A stretch of DNA of 64,000 bases from Candidatus Omnitrophota bacterium (GCA_015233675.1 JADFXH010000003.1:89279-153278), one strand, 5' to 3'. Shown: positions 26,546 through 38,237, counted from the first letter of the stretch. The notes: a model not told the origin generated them from the letters alone. Program-made: numbers and translations.

Positions 26546-28402
26546 ATGAATTCATTTGATTGCATAGTTATAGGTGCCGGGCATGCCGGAGTTGAGGCGG
26601 CTTTGGCAGTGGCCCGCATGGGCCTTAAGACAGCCATGGTTACCTTCTCTAAAGAGACCATAGGACAGATGAGCTGTAATCCGGCTATCGGCGGGGTGGG
26701 CAAAGGGCAGCTGGTTAAAGAAATCGATGCTTTAGGCGGTGAGATGGGTTTGGCTGCTGACCAAACGGGCATCCAGTTTCGCCAGCTAAATGCTTCCAAA
26801 GGACAGGCCGTTCGCTCCTCGCGCTGCCAGTCTGACCGAAAGCAATACCGGTTGTATATGAAGCAAGTGGTTTTAAATCAGCCGAATTTGACCGTCATTG
26901 AAGATAAGGCCAGTGAATTGCTGGTGCTTCAAGGAACGATCCAGGGAATCAAGACTGCCGGTGGGGTAACCTTAAAAGCTCCGACGGTTGTCATCGCCAC
27001 GGGCACTTTTTTAGACGGGCGCATCCATATCGGGCCACAGATCACCCCCGGCGGGCGAATTGGCGAGCAGGCATCTCATCGGTTGGCCCAATCCATCCGT
27101 GATCTGGGCTTTGAGGTCCTAATGTTTAAGACAGGGACCCCTCCGCGGCTCGACGGGCGTACCATTGATTTTAATAATATGGAGCGCCAGGATTCGGATG
27201 ATCCCATTTTGCCGTTTTCTTTCAGGACGCCGTTTATTCCTAAAGACCGAAAACTATTGCCTTGTTATATTACGCGCACGACCGAACGTACGCACGAGAT
27301 CATCAGGGCCAATTTCCATTTATCACCGATGTATTCCGGCCAGATTAAAGCGACGGGTGTGCGTTATTGCCCTTCCATCGAAGATAAATTAAAAAAATTT
27401 GCGCATAGGCCGTCTCATCATGTTTTCCTGGAGCCTGAAGGGCTGGATACTTTTGAATGTTATCCTAACGGGATATCGACGGGGCTTCCGGCCCATGTGC
27501 AGGAAGAAATGGTCCATTCCATCCCCGGCCTTGAGAAGGCCGTGATGGTGCGCCCCGGGTATTCTATCGAGCATGGGGTGGTGCCGGCGACAGAATTAAA
27601 GCTGACATTGGAGACAAAGAAAATAAAAGGTTTATTCTTAGCAGGGCAGATCAATGGTACAACCGGCTATGAGGAAGCTGCGGCCCAGGGCCTTGTCGCG
27701 GGTATTAACGCCGCTTTGAACGTTCAAGGTAAAGAGCCTTTTATTTTAGGCCGGCATGAATCCTATATCGGAGTATTGATCGATGATTTGACCACCAAAG
27801 GTACCGAGGAGCCTTACCGCATGTTTACCTCGAGGGTGGAGTATCGTCTGATCGTACGTGAGGATAACGCGGATAAGCGGCTGGCACAACAGGGGCATCG
27901 ATTAGGACTTTTGTGTTCCCAGGATTATGATAAGGTCATTGAAAAATACGCGGCTATTGAGAGACAGATCGAGCATTTACGAACGAAAAGAGTCCCGCCG
28001 GGGACTCCATTGGATGGAATCCTGGAGAATGCCGCGAGCGCACCTTTAAAGCAGTCGATCTCCTTATATGATTTGCTTAAAAGACCGGAGATCAATTATG
28101 ACATGATTTTGGGATTTGACGGGGCTCTTAAAGATTTAGGCCGCCAGGTGATAGCTCAGGTCGAATATGAAATCAAGTATGAAGGATTTATCCGCCGTCA
28201 GAAAAAGGAAGTGGAGAAATTCCGGCACATCGAATATATCCGTATACCTGAAGGGTTTGATTTTAACGGGATCCCGGGGCTTTCCAGAGAGATCATAGAG
28301 AAGCTAAAGCGTTTTAATCCTGTCACATTGGGTCAGGCTAACCGTATTTCCGGAATGACTCCGGCGGCCATCACCATTTTGATGATTTATTTAAGAAAAT
28401 AA
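26546..28402 (+). CDS. mnmG: tRNA uridine 5-carboxymethylaminomethyl modification enzyme MnmG (GidA)
   Basis: 618 aa. N-terminal FAD-binding DCIVIGAGHAGVEAA, GQMSCNPAIGG, and length and C-terminal helical domain typical of MnmG. Confidence 0.93.
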   Translation: MNSFDCIVIGAGHAGVEAALAVARMGLKTAMVTFSKETIGQMSCNPAIGGVGKGQLVKEIDALGGEMGLAADQTGIQFRQLNASKGQAVRSSRCQSDRKQYRLYMKQVVLNQPNLTVIEDKASELLVLQGTIQGIKTAGGVTLKAPTVVIATGTFLDGRIHIGPQITPGGRIGEQASHRLAQSIRDLGFEVLMFKTGTPPRLDGRTIDFNNMERQDSDDPILPFSFRTPFIPKDRKLLPCYITRTTERTHEIIRANFHLSPMYSGQIKATGVRYCPSIEDKLKKFAHRPSHHVFLEPEGLDTFECYPNGISTGLPAHVQEEMVHSIPGLEKAVMVRPGYSIEHGVVPATELKLTLETKKIKGLFLAGQINGTTGYEEAAAQGLVAGINAALNVQGKEPFILGRHESYIGVLIDDLTTKGTEEPYRMFTSRVEYRLIVREDNADKRLAQQGHRLGLLCSQDYDKVIEKYAAIERQIEHLRTKRVPPGTPLDGILENAASAPLKQSISLYDLLKRPEINYDMILGFDGALKDLGRQVIAQVEYEIKYEGFIRRQKKEVEKFRHIEYIRIPEGFDFNGIPGLSREIIEKLKRFNPVTLGQANRISGMTPAAITILMIYLRK

Positions 28403-28530
28403 ATTATTTTCGATTTTTTTGGAGTTTTTCTATATCCTTTATGTACAATAGAGCGGAAATGTAGATTTGACCGAAGAATGCCATGAGGTATTCTGATAGG
28501 AAATCATTATAACTAAACCAAGGGGGAAGT

Positions 28531-28914
28531 ATGAAAGGGATCAAGACAGGGGTGGTATTGGCAGGGTTAATCGTGCTGGCCGTAGCCGTGCCGAGGTCAT
28601 TTGCACAGACGCCACCGTCGCCGCCACCGGCATCGGGAGATGTCAAACAGGACACGCAGGATATTAAGAAGGACAGAGGTGAAGTCAAAGAAGAGGATGC
28701 CACAATCAGGGCGGACCGTCAGTCGCTCAGGGAAGCCAGGGCTTCCGGCGATCAGGCTAAGATCAAGACAGCCAGGGCACAATTGCGTAAGGATAAAAAA
28801 GCGCGGCATGCGGATAAGAAGGATTTAAAAAAGGACAAGCGTGAGCGTCGTCATGACAGGCGACAAGGAAAAGCGGACCAAACGACTCCAGCAAGTCAGC
28901 GTGCCGGCCAGTAA
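28531..28914 (+). CDS. Secreted, highly charged low-complexity protein (hypothetical)
   Basis: 127 aa. Signal peptide ...AVPRSFA/QT, then a K/R/D/E-rich sequence (KKDLKKDKRERRHDRRQGK). GGGGAAG Shine-Dalgarno present. Confidence 0.4.
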   Translation: MKGIKTGVVLAGLIVLAVAVPRSFAQTPPSPPPASGDVKQDTQDIKKDRGEVKEEDATIRADRQSLREARASGDQAKIKTARAQLRKDKKARHADKKDLKKDKRERRHDRRQGKADQTTPASQRAGQ

Positions 28915-28938
28915 TATTTTTGTCATATATTCCATGAT

Positions 28939-28976
28939 AAAACCCTCGTGGTCATTGGCCACGGGGGTTTTTTTCA
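28939..28976. terminator. Bidirectional hairpin terminator between convergent genes (overlaps the thiF 3' end)
   Basis: aaaaccctcgtgg (28939-28951) / ccacgggggtttt (28959-28971), flanked by an A-tract and a T-tract. Confidence 0.5.
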
Positions 28977-29584
28977 GGATTCAAGCCAAGGCTTACGTCC
29001 AGGATGATTTCCGCCATCATCGCGGCGCATTGGGTTACCCGGGGAGCCATGGGGGGATGGCCTTGGGCACTGTCGGTTGTGCCGTCGCCGCATATATAAA
29101 CATTGCCTATTTTTTTGACGGTCATGGGTTCTTTTTCCTTTAAGCCTGCCATGCCTACCCCGCTGACAATTACCCTGGCGCGAGGCGCGTAATATTGCAC
29201 AAATCGGCATTTGAAATCTGCCGCATCAAAAGCTTCGACAATAAAATCGTATCCTTTAAAGAAATTTTCCGCATTGCCTTCATGCCAATTGGTCTGGTGA
29301 ATGAGTATATTAGCATCGGGATTAATATCCAAGAGGCGTTTTTTGAGCACCTCTACTTTAGGCAACCCTATTTCAGCGGTGTAATATTGCTGGCGGTTCA
29401 AATTGGAGGCTTCGATAAGGTCCTTGTCGATGATTTCCAGATTCTTAAAACCTGAGCGCACAAGAACCACCGCACAATTGGAGCCCAAGCCTCCGGCGCC
29501 GCCGATACCCGTTTTTTTGGATTGGATCAGGGCTAGTTGTTCAGGTTTTAGATACCTTAAGAGTCCTTGTTCAAATATATTCAT
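28952..29584 (-). CDS. thiF: ThiS adenylyltransferase (ThiF/MoeB family E1-like)
   Basis: 210 aa. Nucleotide-binding loop GIGGAGGLGSN. ATGA overlap with thiH. Sits in the thiSGHF cluster. Confidence 0.8.
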   Translation of the reverse strand: MNIFEQGLLRYLKPEQLALIQSKKTGIGGAGGLGSNCAVVLVRSGFKNLEIIDKDLIEASNLNRQQYYTAEIGLPKVEVLKKRLLDINPDANILIHQTNWHEGNAENFFKGYDFIVEAFDAADFKCRFVQYYAPRARVIVSGVGMAGLKEKEPMTVKKIGNVYICGDGTTDSAQGHPPMAPRVTQCAAMMAEIILDVSLGLNPEKNPRGQ

Positions 29585-30597
29585 AAGCCGTTTTCAATGT
29601 GCCGCCAGTCAGTGAATACCGGGTCAAAGTTTCGGGATTTCAGTGACTTAACAATTTCATCGACGGATCGTCCATCCTTGGTATCAAATTGAGGGTCTTG
29701 CGCTTTTTTTTCGAGCAGGGTATAGCCGCCAACAGAAGTGTTGGATCCGGCGGACATACGGGTGATGCCGATTTCCAAGAGGTGATCACGTAATTTAGGT
29801 TCTTCTCGGGTGGAAAGATTAATGCCCATCCGGGGGAACAGCAGGCGCGTTAATGCAATGATTTTTACAAACTGCACATCATTGACATCACAGCTTGCTA
29901 AGCTTGCAGTCTTTACGGTGCGAAGCCTGGGAAAAGACACGCTGTATTCTACGCCCGGAAAAGATTTTTCCAGTTCTCTTAAATGTTGATAAAGGGCAAA
30001 GGTATCATATACGGGATCACTTAGACCCAAAAGAATGCCTAAGGAAATGTGACGCATGCCTGCTTCCGCTGCCCGATAGGCAGTGGCATAGCGAAAGTCA
30101 TAATCTTTTTTGCGGCCGGATAAATGCACTTGGGCGTAACGGGCGCGGTCATAGGTTTCCTGATAAACGGCAATACCATCCACACCTGCAGTAAATAGTT
30201 CTTTATATTCAAAAGTTTCCATGGGATGCGCCTCAAGGGCGATGCCTTGAAAATATTCCGAGGCTATAAGGGCCGCTTCTTTTAAATAGGACACGGGTGT
30301 ATGTTTATAGGATTCGCCGGTCAGCATCAAAATATTACGTAAGCCCTGCGCATGGATAAACTGCATTTCATTGCGGTATTGATGGGGGGCAAGTTTTATC
30401 CGTTCGATTTTATGATGACTGTTAAAACCGCAATAGGTACAATGGCTCGAGCAGAAATTGGATAAATACAAAGGGCCATAGAGACTGATGGCCCCCCCAA
30501 ATTGACGGCGGGAGAGCTTTGCCGCTTCCTGGGCCAAATCCTCAACGGATTGGGGGGTATTATCGTTCAGGATATTTTTAATTTGCTGGAATGTCAT
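29581..30597 (-). CDS. thiH: 2-iminoacetate synthase (radical SAM, ThiH)
   Basis: 338 aa. Radical-SAM [10 protein letters not shown]. Position between thiG and thiF. Confidence 0.75.
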   Translation of the reverse strand: MTFQQIKNILNDNTPQSVEDLAQEAAKLSRRQFGGAISLYGPLYLSNFCSSHCTYCGFNSHHKIERIKLAPHQYRNEMQFIHAQGLRNILMLTGESYKHTPVSYLKEAALIASEYFQGIALEAHPMETFEYKELFTAGVDGIAVYQETYDRARYAQVHLSGRKKDYDFRYATAYRAAEAGMRHISLGILLGLSDPVYDTFALYQHLRELEKSFPGVEYSVSFPRLRTVKTASLASCDVNDVQFVKIIALTRLLFPRMGINLSTREEPKLRDHLLEIGITRMSAGSNTSVGGYTLLEKKAQDPQFDTKDGRSVDEIVKSLKSRNFDPVFTDWRHIENGL

Positions 30598-31366
30598 TAT
30601 ACAAAAATCCGGTCAGGGGTGAGGATGCTTGAGACAGCGAAAGTTGCAGGGGCAGCCCGCTTAAAAAGCCCAATCGTCCGGCCTCAATGGCTAAAGCAAA
30701 AGCACGGGCCAGAACAGCAGGATTTTGGGCAGTGGCGACTGCGGTATTTGCCAACACAGCCTCCGCGCCTATTTCCATGGCCTGGGCCGCCTGCGAAGGA
30801 GTTCCTATTCCTGCATCCACGATGATGGGCAGGTCGATTTCGTTGATTAAAACCCGGATAAATTCTTTTGTTTTCAAGCCCTGATTGCTGCCTATAAAAG
30901 AACCCAAAGGCATGACGGCAGCAGCGCCAGCTTTGACCAAGGCCCGGGCAGCATACAGGTCCGGCGAAATATACGGCAAGACCACGAACCCCTCAGCGCT
31001 TAGAATTTCGGCAGCCTTTATGGTTTCTTGATTGTCCGGCAGTAAATATTTGCTGTCATTGATCACTTCAATCTTGACCCAGTTGCCGCAGCCTGAAGCT
31101 TTTGCCAGACGGGCGATGCGCACCGCTTCCCGGGCGTTCCGGGCGCCGGATGTATTGGTTAATAGTGTCACATGAGCAGGAATGTATTCAAGGATATTTT
31201 CTTCATGACGCTCCAGGTCAATGCGGCGCAGGGCAACAGTGACGATTTCACTTTTAGAAGAGACAATGCTGTCAGTTAAATCTTTTTTATTTTTAAATTT
31301 GCCGGTGCCTAAAAGAAAACGGCTGGAAAATGATTTCCCTGCAATCACCAATGGGGTATCGGTCAT
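30578..31366 (-). CDS. thiG: Thiazole synthase
   Basis: The track start (31381) is a TTG inside thiS. The ATG at 31366 gives [24 protein letters not shown], the canonical ThiG N-terminus, 1 nt after the thiS stop. Confidence 0.9.
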   Translation of the reverse strand: MTDTPLVIAGKSFSSRFLLGTGKFKNKKDLTDSIVSSKSEIVTVALRRIDLERHEENILEYIPAHVTLLTNTSGARNAREAVRIARLAKASGCGNWVKIEVINDSKYLLPDNQETIKAAEILSAEGFVVLPYISPDLYAARALVKAGAAAVMPLGSFIGSNQGLKTKEFIRVLINEIDLPIIVDAGIGTPSQAAQAMEIGAEAVLANTAVATAQNPAVLARAFALAIEAGRLGFLSGLPLQLSLSQASSPLTGFLYNDIPAN

Positions 31367-31367
31367 T

Positions 31368-31568
31368 TTAACCACCGCCAACGAAGGTGACTAGTTCTAG
31401 TGTGTCACCGTCTTTAAGGGATGTTTGGCCCCATTGTTCAGGAGGTATAATACAGCCGTTGAGCTCAGCGATCACATGCCTGGATTGTTTGCAATATGCG
31501 CTGACAATATCAGATAAATTTCTTGTTGAATTTAATTGCCGGGATGTCCCGTTGATGATGATGTTCAT
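31368..31568 (-). CDS. thiS: Sulfur-carrier protein ThiS
   Basis: 66 aa, ubiquitin-like size, with the C-terminal ...VGGG diglycine end. Confidence 0.85.
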   Translation of the reverse strand: MNIIINGTSRQLNSTRNLSDIVSAYCKQSRHVIAELNGCIIPPEQWGQTSLKDGDTLELVTFVGGG

Positions 31569-31799
31569 AATGCACCTATTTAATATTGATATTTCATTCT
31601 AATTTATTTGACCCAAAAAAGCAAATTTTAGCAGGCGCATAATTTTATAAATTTATTATTTACAGGCTCAATTTTGTTATAAAATACTTAAGTTTCAATA
31701 TTTGGGCGGATAAAAAATATTTCTTTTATTTGGGGTTATTATTTGTATAATACTGCGTTTATATTGAATGACCAAAGCGCAAAAAAGGACGGCCAATAA

Positions 31800-32219
31800 A
31801 TGAGCAAATCCGCGGTTTTCGGCTACGAACTTCTGCTTGACCTTTATGAATGCAAGCCGGGCGTATGTGACGATTTAACGTTGTGCTATAGTTTTCTTGA
31901 CGAGATTGTAGGCTTTTTGGGTATGGAAAAACAAGCCCCTCCGTCTATTTTTAGGTCTGATGCGACCCGTTTCCCCGATAAGGCAGGACTTTCGGGATGG
32001 GTGCCTTTGATCGAAAGTTCCATTGTCATCCATACGCTCTCCCCTAAAGATTTTATAACCGTTGATATTTATTGTTGCCGTGCTTTTGACCGCAAGAAAG
32101 CGGAAGAATTTTGCCGACGGTTTTTTGCTCCTAAAAAGGTGCAAGCGCAATTTATTGAACGCGGATTGAGTTATTATCAGGAAAATGTCACTCCTGTCAA
32201 AGAGTTAGCGCACAAGTGA
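31800..32219 (+). CDS. speD: S-adenosylmethionine decarboxylase proenzyme (small bacterial type)
   Basis: 139 aa. LLLDLYEC..., a self-cleavage-site-like IESSIVIHT, and DIYCC, matching the ES(H/S)..IHT / D.Y.C pattern of class-1 AdoMetDC. Confidence 0.7.
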   Translation: MSKSAVFGYELLLDLYECKPGVCDDLTLCYSFLDEIVGFLGMEKQAPPSIFRSDATRFPDKAGLSGWVPLIESSIVIHTLSPKDFITVDIYCCRAFDRKKAEEFCRRFFAPKKVQAQFIERGLSYYQENVTPVKELAHK

Positions 32220-32279
32220 CGGTGCTGTAAGTCCAAAGCCATCCTTAAGCCAACAGGCGAAGGATTTTAAAAGAATCTT

Positions 32280-32317
32280 AAGGGGATCGGGGAAAACTGA
32301 TCCCCTTTGTTATTTTT
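32280..32317 (+). terminator. Rho-independent terminator after speD
   Basis: aaggggatc (32280-32288), 10-nt loop, gatcccctt (32299-32307), then TGTTATTTTTG. Confidence 0.65.
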
Positions 32318-32329
32318 GTCGAGGCAAAG

Positions 32330-34822
32330 ATGCCGTATACCACCAATGATATAAAAAATATTGAAAGCAAATGGCAGAAGTTTTGGGATGACCGCCGGAT
32401 CTTTCATGTCCAAATTGACCCCATGATTCCTAAATACTACGTGCTGGAAATGTTCCCGTACCCTTCAGGAAAAATCCACATGGGGCATGTTCGCAATTAT
32501 ACGATTGCAGATGTAATTGCCCGTTATAAGATGATGAGAGGATTTAATGTCCTGCATCCTATCGGCTATGATGCTTTTGGACAGCCGGCGGAAAACGCAG
32601 CCATCAAAAATAAAACCAGTCCCGCACAATGGACAGGCCGCTGTATTTCACAGATGCACGATGAATTAAAGAAAATGGGTTTTTCCTATGATTGGGACCG
32701 GGAGCTTTCCACGTGTGACGCCGAATATTACAAATGGAATCAATGGGTTTTCATCAAGATGTTTGAACGCGGTCTTGCTTATAAAAAGGCCTCATCGGTA
32801 AATTGGTGCCCTGACTGTGAGACAACCCTCGCTAATGAAGAAGTCATCAATGGAGCCTGTTGGCGCTGCAAGACAACAGTAGTACAAAAAGACCTCGAGC
32901 AATGGTATTTAAAGATCACACAATATGCGCCCAGCCTCCTGGAAGACCTGAAAAAATTAGAGCAGTGGCCTTCGCGCGTGCGCGCTATGCAAGAGAATTG
33001 GATCGGGAAAAGTTATGGCGTGGAAATCCATTTTAAAGTCAAAGATTTTGCAGAGACGATCAGTGTTTTTACAACGAGACCTGACACCATTTTTGGGGCA
33101 ACCTATGTGGTTTTGGCTCCCGAGCATCCGTTGGTCAAAAAGTTGACCGCCGGGACTTCACAAGAAAAAGAAGTGACGGGTTTTATTGAAAAAGCGGCCA
33201 ATAAAAGCAAGTCTTTCCGTATGTCAGGCGACCAGCGCAAGGAGGGTGTTTTTATCGGACGCTTCGCGGTCAATCCTGTCAATGGAGAAGATATCCCCAT
33301 TTTTATCGGTGATTATGTTTTGATGGAATACGGGACAGGGGCCATCATGGCGGTCCCCACTCATGACCAGCGTGATTTTGAATTTGCCAAACATCATAAG
33401 TTGCCGATGCGCATAGTTATTGAGGACCCTAAAAATCCTTCAGCCTCCGTTGAGGAGATGGGCCAGGCCTATGAAGAAGCGGGCCAGCTTATTAATTCCG
33501 GAGCGTTTGACAGGATATCCAATGAAGAGGCCAAGAATAAAATCGCTGAGTGGATGCAAGTCAGGGGCTTAGGCAAGATCAGCATTCATTGGCGTTTGCG
33601 CGATTGGCTGATTTCCCGTCAGCGTTATTGGGGCACGCCTATACCCATGATTTACTGTGCTAGTTGCGGTATTGTTCCTGTGCCTTACGAGCAATTGCCC
33701 GTTGAGTTGCCTAAGGACGTCAAGATCACCGGTGAAGGCGGTTCCCCTTTGGCCGGGGTACGCGCTTTTGTTGAGTGTTCCTGTCCCAAATGCGGTAAGC
33801 CCGCCCGGCGGGAAACTGATACCATGGCGACTTTCTTTGATTCGTCTTGGTATTTCCTGCGGTTCTGTTCAGCTCATCATATTGAAGAAATATTTGATAA
33901 AAAGGACGTCAAATACTGGATGCCGGTGGACCAGTATATCGGCGGCATTGAGCATGCGATTTTGCATTTATTGTATGCGAGATTTTTTACAAAATTTCTT
34001 AAGGATTTAGAGCTATTAGATACAGATGAGCCTTTTATCCGGCTTTTGACCCAGGGGATGGTCCTCAAGGACGGGGAAGTGATGTCTAAATCCCGCGGCA
34101 ATACAGTCGATCCTGATGAAGTTTTGTCTCAGTACGGGGCTGATACGCTGCGCCTGTTCATTTTGTTTGCCGCACCCCCTGAAGATCAGCTGGAATGGAA
34201 CAGCGACGGACTTGAAGGCGCATGGCGTTTTTTAAACAGGGTGTATCAGATGGTCGAAAAGCGTTATCAACAGCCGGCCGTTCTTAAGCCCAAGGGCGAA
34301 GAGTCCCAGAAAAAAGACGATGCCGACGCCTCTTTAGAACGCGAAAGAAACAATTCCGTCAAAAGAGTGACACAGTCATTTGAAGAAGGCTATAAATTCA
34401 ATACTGCCATTAGTCACCTGATGGTTTTGGCCAATGCGGTCGATAAATATAAAGTAGATAATGGCAACGCCGCCAAACAAAATTTATTAAATCAGGCCAT
34501 AGAAACCCTGGTGCTGTTATTAGCTCCTTTTGTCCCGCATGTTGCCGAAGAGATGTGGCAGATGATGGGCAAGAATGAAGCCACCATCGCCCGTGTGGCC
34601 TGGCCCTCCTTTGATGAAAACGCGCTTAAAACAAGCACCATCGTGATAGCAGTGCAGGTCAATGGCCGTATCCGTGCACAAATACAAGTCACTCCTGATA
34701 AGCCTCCGGAAGAATTGCGTAGAATTTGTTTGGCTGACCAGGGTGTCGCCAAATATGTACAAGAATCCGCTATTAAAAAGTTTATTGTGGTGCCCAATAA
34801 ACTTGTAAGTATTGTAGTCTGA
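32330..34822 (+). CDS. leuS: Leucyl-tRNA synthetase
   Basis: 830 aa. HIGH-type motif [17 protein letters not shown]-type VMSKSRGN, and the CP1 editing insertion. Confidence 0.95.
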   Translation: MPYTTNDIKNIESKWQKFWDDRRIFHVQIDPMIPKYYVLEMFPYPSGKIHMGHVRNYTIADVIARYKMMRGFNVLHPIGYDAFGQPAENAAIKNKTSPAQWTGRCISQMHDELKKMGFSYDWDRELSTCDAEYYKWNQWVFIKMFERGLAYKKASSVNWCPDCETTLANEEVINGACWRCKTTVVQKDLEQWYLKITQYAPSLLEDLKKLEQWPSRVRAMQENWIGKSYGVEIHFKVKDFAETISVFTTRPDTIFGATYVVLAPEHPLVKKLTAGTSQEKEVTGFIEKAANKSKSFRMSGDQRKEGVFIGRFAVNPVNGEDIPIFIGDYVLMEYGTGAIMAVPTHDQRDFEFAKHHKLPMRIVIEDPKNPSASVEEMGQAYEEAGQLINSGAFDRISNEEAKNKIAEWMQVRGLGKISIHWRLRDWLISRQRYWGTPIPMIYCASCGIVPVPYEQLPVELPKDVKITGEGGSPLAGVRAFVECSCPKCGKPARRETDTMATFFDSSWYFLRFCSAHHIEEIFDKKDVKYWMPVDQYIGGIEHAILHLLYARFFTKFLKDLELLDTDEPFIRLLTQGMVLKDGEVMSKSRGNTVDPDEVLSQYGADTLRLFILFAAPPEDQLEWNSDGLEGAWRFLNRVYQMVEKRYQQPAVLKPKGEESQKKDDADASLERERNNSVKRVTQSFEEGYKFNTAISHLMVLANAVDKYKVDNGNAAKQNLLNQAIETLVLLLAPFVPHVAEEMWQMMGKNEATIARVAWPSFDENALKTSTIVIAVQVNGRIRAQIQVTPDKPPEELRRICLADQGVAKYVQESAIKKFIVVPNKLVSIVV

Positions 34823-34841
34823 TATTTGCTATACTAAGGTT

Positions 34842-36128
34842 ATGAAATTCCTCGCAGACCTGCATGTCCATTCCAAATATTCCCGTGCTACCGCCAAGAA
34901 TCTGGACCTTGAAAATCTTTACCTTTGGGCCCAGTATAAAGGCATTCACATCGTCGGCACCGGAGATTTTGTGCATCCGCAATGGTTTAAGGAATTAGAA
35001 GATAAGCTTGAGAGCGCTGAAAACGGTTTATTTAAACTCAAAGATAAATTTGCAGACCCCCTTGATGCGCAAATTCCGGAAAGCTGCAGGGCAGATGTGC
35101 GTTTTGTGCTCACGGTTGAGATTTCCAATATCTACAAGCGGCATGATAAAGTGCGCAAGGTGCATAATTTGATATTGTCGCCATCCCTGCAAGCCGCAGG
35201 TAAAATCCAAGCCAAGCTCGGCTCAATAGGAAACATTTCATCTGATGGGCGACCTATTCTGGGACTGGACTCGTATGACCTGCTTGATATAACGCTCGAT
35301 GCCGATGCTAAAAATTTATTTATTCCGGCGCATATTTGGACACCGTGGTTCTCGGCGCTGGGCTCCATGGGCGGGTTTGACAGTATGGTTGAAGCATTTG
35401 GAGACCTGACCAAACATATTTTTGCCGTCGAAACAGGCTTGTCGTCAGATCCGGCAATGAATTGGCGGCTCAAACAACTGGATGATTTTATCCTGGTATC
35501 TAATTCGGACGCGCATTCGCCCTCTAAGCTCGGCCGTGAGGCCAATGTTTTTGACACGGATTTTTCTTATGACGGTATTTATAAAGCTTTGAGTGATAAG
35601 GATGATAAAGGCCTTGTCTCTACCCTGGAATTTTTTCCCGAAGAAGGCAAGTATCATTTTGACGGCCACCGCAACTGTCAGGTTAGATGGCATCCCAAGG
35701 AAACTATCAAGCATAAAGGCATTTGCCCTGCCTGCGGCAAGCCGGTGACTGTCGGTGTCGCCAACCGCGTCGAAATATTGGCTGACCGGCTGGAGGGAGG
35801 CAAGTCCAGACGCTGGCGGCCGTATCAAAATATTGTGCCGCTTGTCGAATTGATAGCTGAAGTTAAAAATACGGGCACTGCCGGTAAAGCGGTCCAGGAA
35901 GCCTATATGAATATTTTGGCAAAATTGGGCAATGAGTTTTATATCCTTTTAGAATGTCCTATTGATGATATCAAGCAAGCCGCCGGCCTTGTGCTGGCCG
36001 AAGGCGTTAACCGCATGCGCCAAGGTAAAGTTGAAATTGCCGCAGGTTATGACGGAGAATTCGGTACCATCAAAATTTTTAACTCCGGTGAGCGTGAGCA
36101 TATTGAACAGCAAATGTCGCTGTTTTAG
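34842..36128 (+). CDS. PHP-domain protein resembling endonuclease Q
   Basis: 428 aa. N-terminal PHP metal motif DLHVHSKYSRA...GTGDFVHPQW, mid-protein NSDAHS, and Zn-ribbon CPACGKPVTVGV, as I recall for EndoQ-family proteins. Assignment is from memory of family motifs only. Confidence 0.55.
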   Translation: MKFLADLHVHSKYSRATAKNLDLENLYLWAQYKGIHIVGTGDFVHPQWFKELEDKLESAENGLFKLKDKFADPLDAQIPESCRADVRFVLTVEISNIYKRHDKVRKVHNLILSPSLQAAGKIQAKLGSIGNISSDGRPILGLDSYDLLDITLDADAKNLFIPAHIWTPWFSALGSMGGFDSMVEAFGDLTKHIFAVETGLSSDPAMNWRLKQLDDFILVSNSDAHSPSKLGREANVFDTDFSYDGIYKALSDKDDKGLVSTLEFFPEEGKYHFDGHRNCQVRWHPKETIKHKGICPACGKPVTVGVANRVEILADRLEGGKSRRWRPYQNIVPLVELIAEVKNTGTAGKAVQEAYMNILAKLGNEFYILLECPIDDIKQAAGLVLAEGVNRMRQGKVEIAAGYDGEFGTIKIFNSGEREHIEQQMSLF

Positions 36129-36169
36129 TTTTTATTTATTGTTATTTTGTCGTGCATTCTAACATGTAT

Positions 36170-36346
36170 GCTTAGATGACCGGCTATTATGTATGCGGCA
36201 CATTCGGGAATTTTTTGCCAAATGTCTGCAAGGATTTATGACGAAAATGTTCCAAATGAAGAGAGTCTTTAGAACAGTTTCGTCATAAACCGTAGCAGAC
36301 GGCAAAAATATTCCGTGCCGCATACATAATAGCCGGTCATCTAAGC
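36170..36346 (-). repeat. Long-hairpin intergenic element, copy E (family 1, inverted)
   Basis: 32-bp perfect outer arms gcttagatgaccggctattatgtatgcggcac / gtgccgcatacataatagccggtcatctaagc. The apical loop is the reverse complement of copy A's with one substitution. The track ORF 36159-36383 (-) is a translation of the repeat. Confidence 0.9.
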
Positions 36347-36377
36347 TCACGTACTTAGGCATAAATACTATTATCCT

Positions 36378-37829
36378 ATGCAACGACCCAACGACTTAAA
36401 CGAATCCCAGTGGCAGGCGGTGTGTCATCAGGGATCGCATTTGTTGATCAGCGCGGGGCCCGGCACAGGCAAGACGCATGCCCTTACCCGCCGTATCGCG
36501 CAGGTAATTCCGTTTTTAAAATCCGGCGAGAAAATTCTTGCCGTTACTTTTACCAATAAAGCTGCCTGTCAAATGCAGGACAGGTTGACGGCTTTGGGCG
36601 TAAGACAGTCGCAGGTGTTTATCGGGACCTTTCATGGCTTTTGTTTGAAATTATTACGTGATTATTTTGAGCATACGGCTTTGCCCAAGGATTTTAAGGT
36701 GGCAACGCCAGAAGACATCACAGGCTTTGGGAAAGAAACACTCGAGCGGATATCTCACATGAAATCATCCCAATTAGCCATTGATCCTGACGAGGAGTAT
36801 AAGTCCTACCAGCGTTATCTGCGGCAAAACCTCTGGATTGATTTCGACGATATTTTACGGGAGGCCCTGCTTCTTTTGGAAGATGAAAATATTGCGGGGC
36901 TTTTGCGCCGGCAATACCGATATGTTTTTGTGGATGAGTACCAGGACATCAACATTGTCCAGAATGTTTTACTTAAAATATTGGCCCGTGAAGGTGTTTT
37001 ATTGACGGCTATCGGGGATGCCAACCAGTCAATTTACGGCTTTCGCGGCAGCCGGGTGGAATTATTCCATCGTTTTAAGGAAGATTTTCCTCCATCGGAG
37101 GTCTTGACACTGCGGGAAAATTACCGTTCTGCCTCCAGCCTTTTAGCCGCCTCAGGTCAGGTCATGGGAGGCGTTGAACTTACCGCAAAACTTAACACCG
37201 AAGGTAAGCTGGTGATGCATGCGGCGGTGAGTGACCGCGCAGAAGCAGATTATGTGGCACAACAGATAGAAAAATTGATCGGCGGGCTGGATATGACAAC
37301 CAGCCGCCGGGCCCGGCACAGTTTGGGAGACATAGTTGTTTTATACCGGCTTAATGCCCAGCGTCATGTTTTGGGCAAGGCATTGGAATATCTGGGGATT
37401 CCCTATCAAATTGCCCAAAAACCTAAAAGGGCTGATGTTTATTCTGATGAAGATGTGTTGGGGCATAATGAAGAACAGGTAGATTATAATGTTGAGAAAG
37501 TTTCTCTGATGACCTTGCATGCGGCCAAAGGGCTGGAATTTCCGGTCGTGTTTATCGTTGGTTGCGAGGACAATTTATTCCCATTGGATTTAATTGGAAT
37601 GAAAAGCGATTCCCCGGAAGAACGGCGATTGTTTTATGTAGGCATGACCCGGGCTAAAGAACATTTATATTTGACCTATGCCCGCCGCCGGCAATTGTTC
37701 GGCCAAACACTCATGCAAAATCCTTCGCCGTATCTGTCAGACATTGCCGAAGAATTAAAGGCCTATGAAGCCGAAAAGCGGCGTGCGACCAAAAAAGACC
37801 CGGACGCGGCACAGATGAAATTGTTTTGA
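36378..37829 (+). CDS. Short UvrD/PcrA/Rep-family SF1 DNA helicase
   Basis: 483 aa. Walker A AGPGTGKTH, motif II VDEYQD, TLHAAKGLEFPVVF and YVGMTRAK. Considerably shorter than canonical UvrD (~720 aa). Confidence 0.8.
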   Translation: MQRPNDLNESQWQAVCHQGSHLLISAGPGTGKTHALTRRIAQVIPFLKSGEKILAVTFTNKAACQMQDRLTALGVRQSQVFIGTFHGFCLKLLRDYFEHTALPKDFKVATPEDITGFGKETLERISHMKSSQLAIDPDEEYKSYQRYLRQNLWIDFDDILREALLLLEDENIAGLLRRQYRYVFVDEYQDINIVQNVLLKILAREGVLLTAIGDANQSIYGFRGSRVELFHRFKEDFPPSEVLTLRENYRSASSLLAASGQVMGGVELTAKLNTEGKLVMHAAVSDRAEADYVAQQIEKLIGGLDMTTSRRARHSLGDIVVLYRLNAQRHVLGKALEYLGIPYQIAQKPKRADVYSDEDVLGHNEEQVDYNVEKVSLMTLHAAKGLEFPVVFIVGCEDNLFPLDLIGMKSDSPEERRLFYVGMTRAKEHLYLTYARRRQLFGQTLMQNPSPYLSDIAEELKAYEAEKRRATKKDPDAAQMKLF

Positions 37830-37913
37830 TTTCATAAGAATTTTGTTATAATAAATTTACTGCTCCTTCCCCATGGAGCATTTTTAATTAATCCCCCCAA
37901 CCAGTATTTTTTC

Positions 37914-38237
37914 ATGTTTTATTTAACCCCGCAGGAACGCAAATTCATTGCGACCATCATTATTATTTTTATTGCCGGTGCCAGTGTGCAGTTGCTTTTT
38001 AAGCGGGACATCGCACCCGTGCGCTGGTTTAAATCCGTGCGTAGTTTCAAGATCAATATAAATAGCGCCAGGGCAGACCAGCTTCAAATGCTTCCCGGTA
38101 TTGGCGTTAAATTAGCCGGAAGAATCATCGATTATAGGAACCAAAGCGGCCCTTTCAAATCACTGGAAGATTTAGAAAATGTCGATGGCCTTACAGCCAA
38201 GCGTTTTGAGCATATTAAGGGGCTTATAGAATTATGA
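37914..38237 (+). CDS. comEA: ComEA-like helix-hairpin-helix DNA-binding protein
   Basis: 107 aa. N-terminal TM then an HhH region NINSARADQLQMLPGIGVKLAGRIIDYR...GPFKSLEDLENVDGL. Confidence 0.8.
   Translation: MFYLTPQERKFIATIIIIFIAGASVQLLFKRDIAPVRWFKSVRSFKININSARADQLQMLPGIGVKLAGRIIDYRNQSGPFKSLEDLENVDGLTAKRFEHIKGLIEL

Noticed and set aside
31569-31799. An expected TPP (THI-box) riboswitch upstream of thiS on the minus strand.
   Set aside because: The spacer is extremely AT-rich and contains neither the CTGAGA nor the ACCTGA/CCTGATCTGGATAATGCCAGCG-type conserved blocks on either strand. I cannot support a riboswitch here. An Rfam/Infernal scan would settle it.
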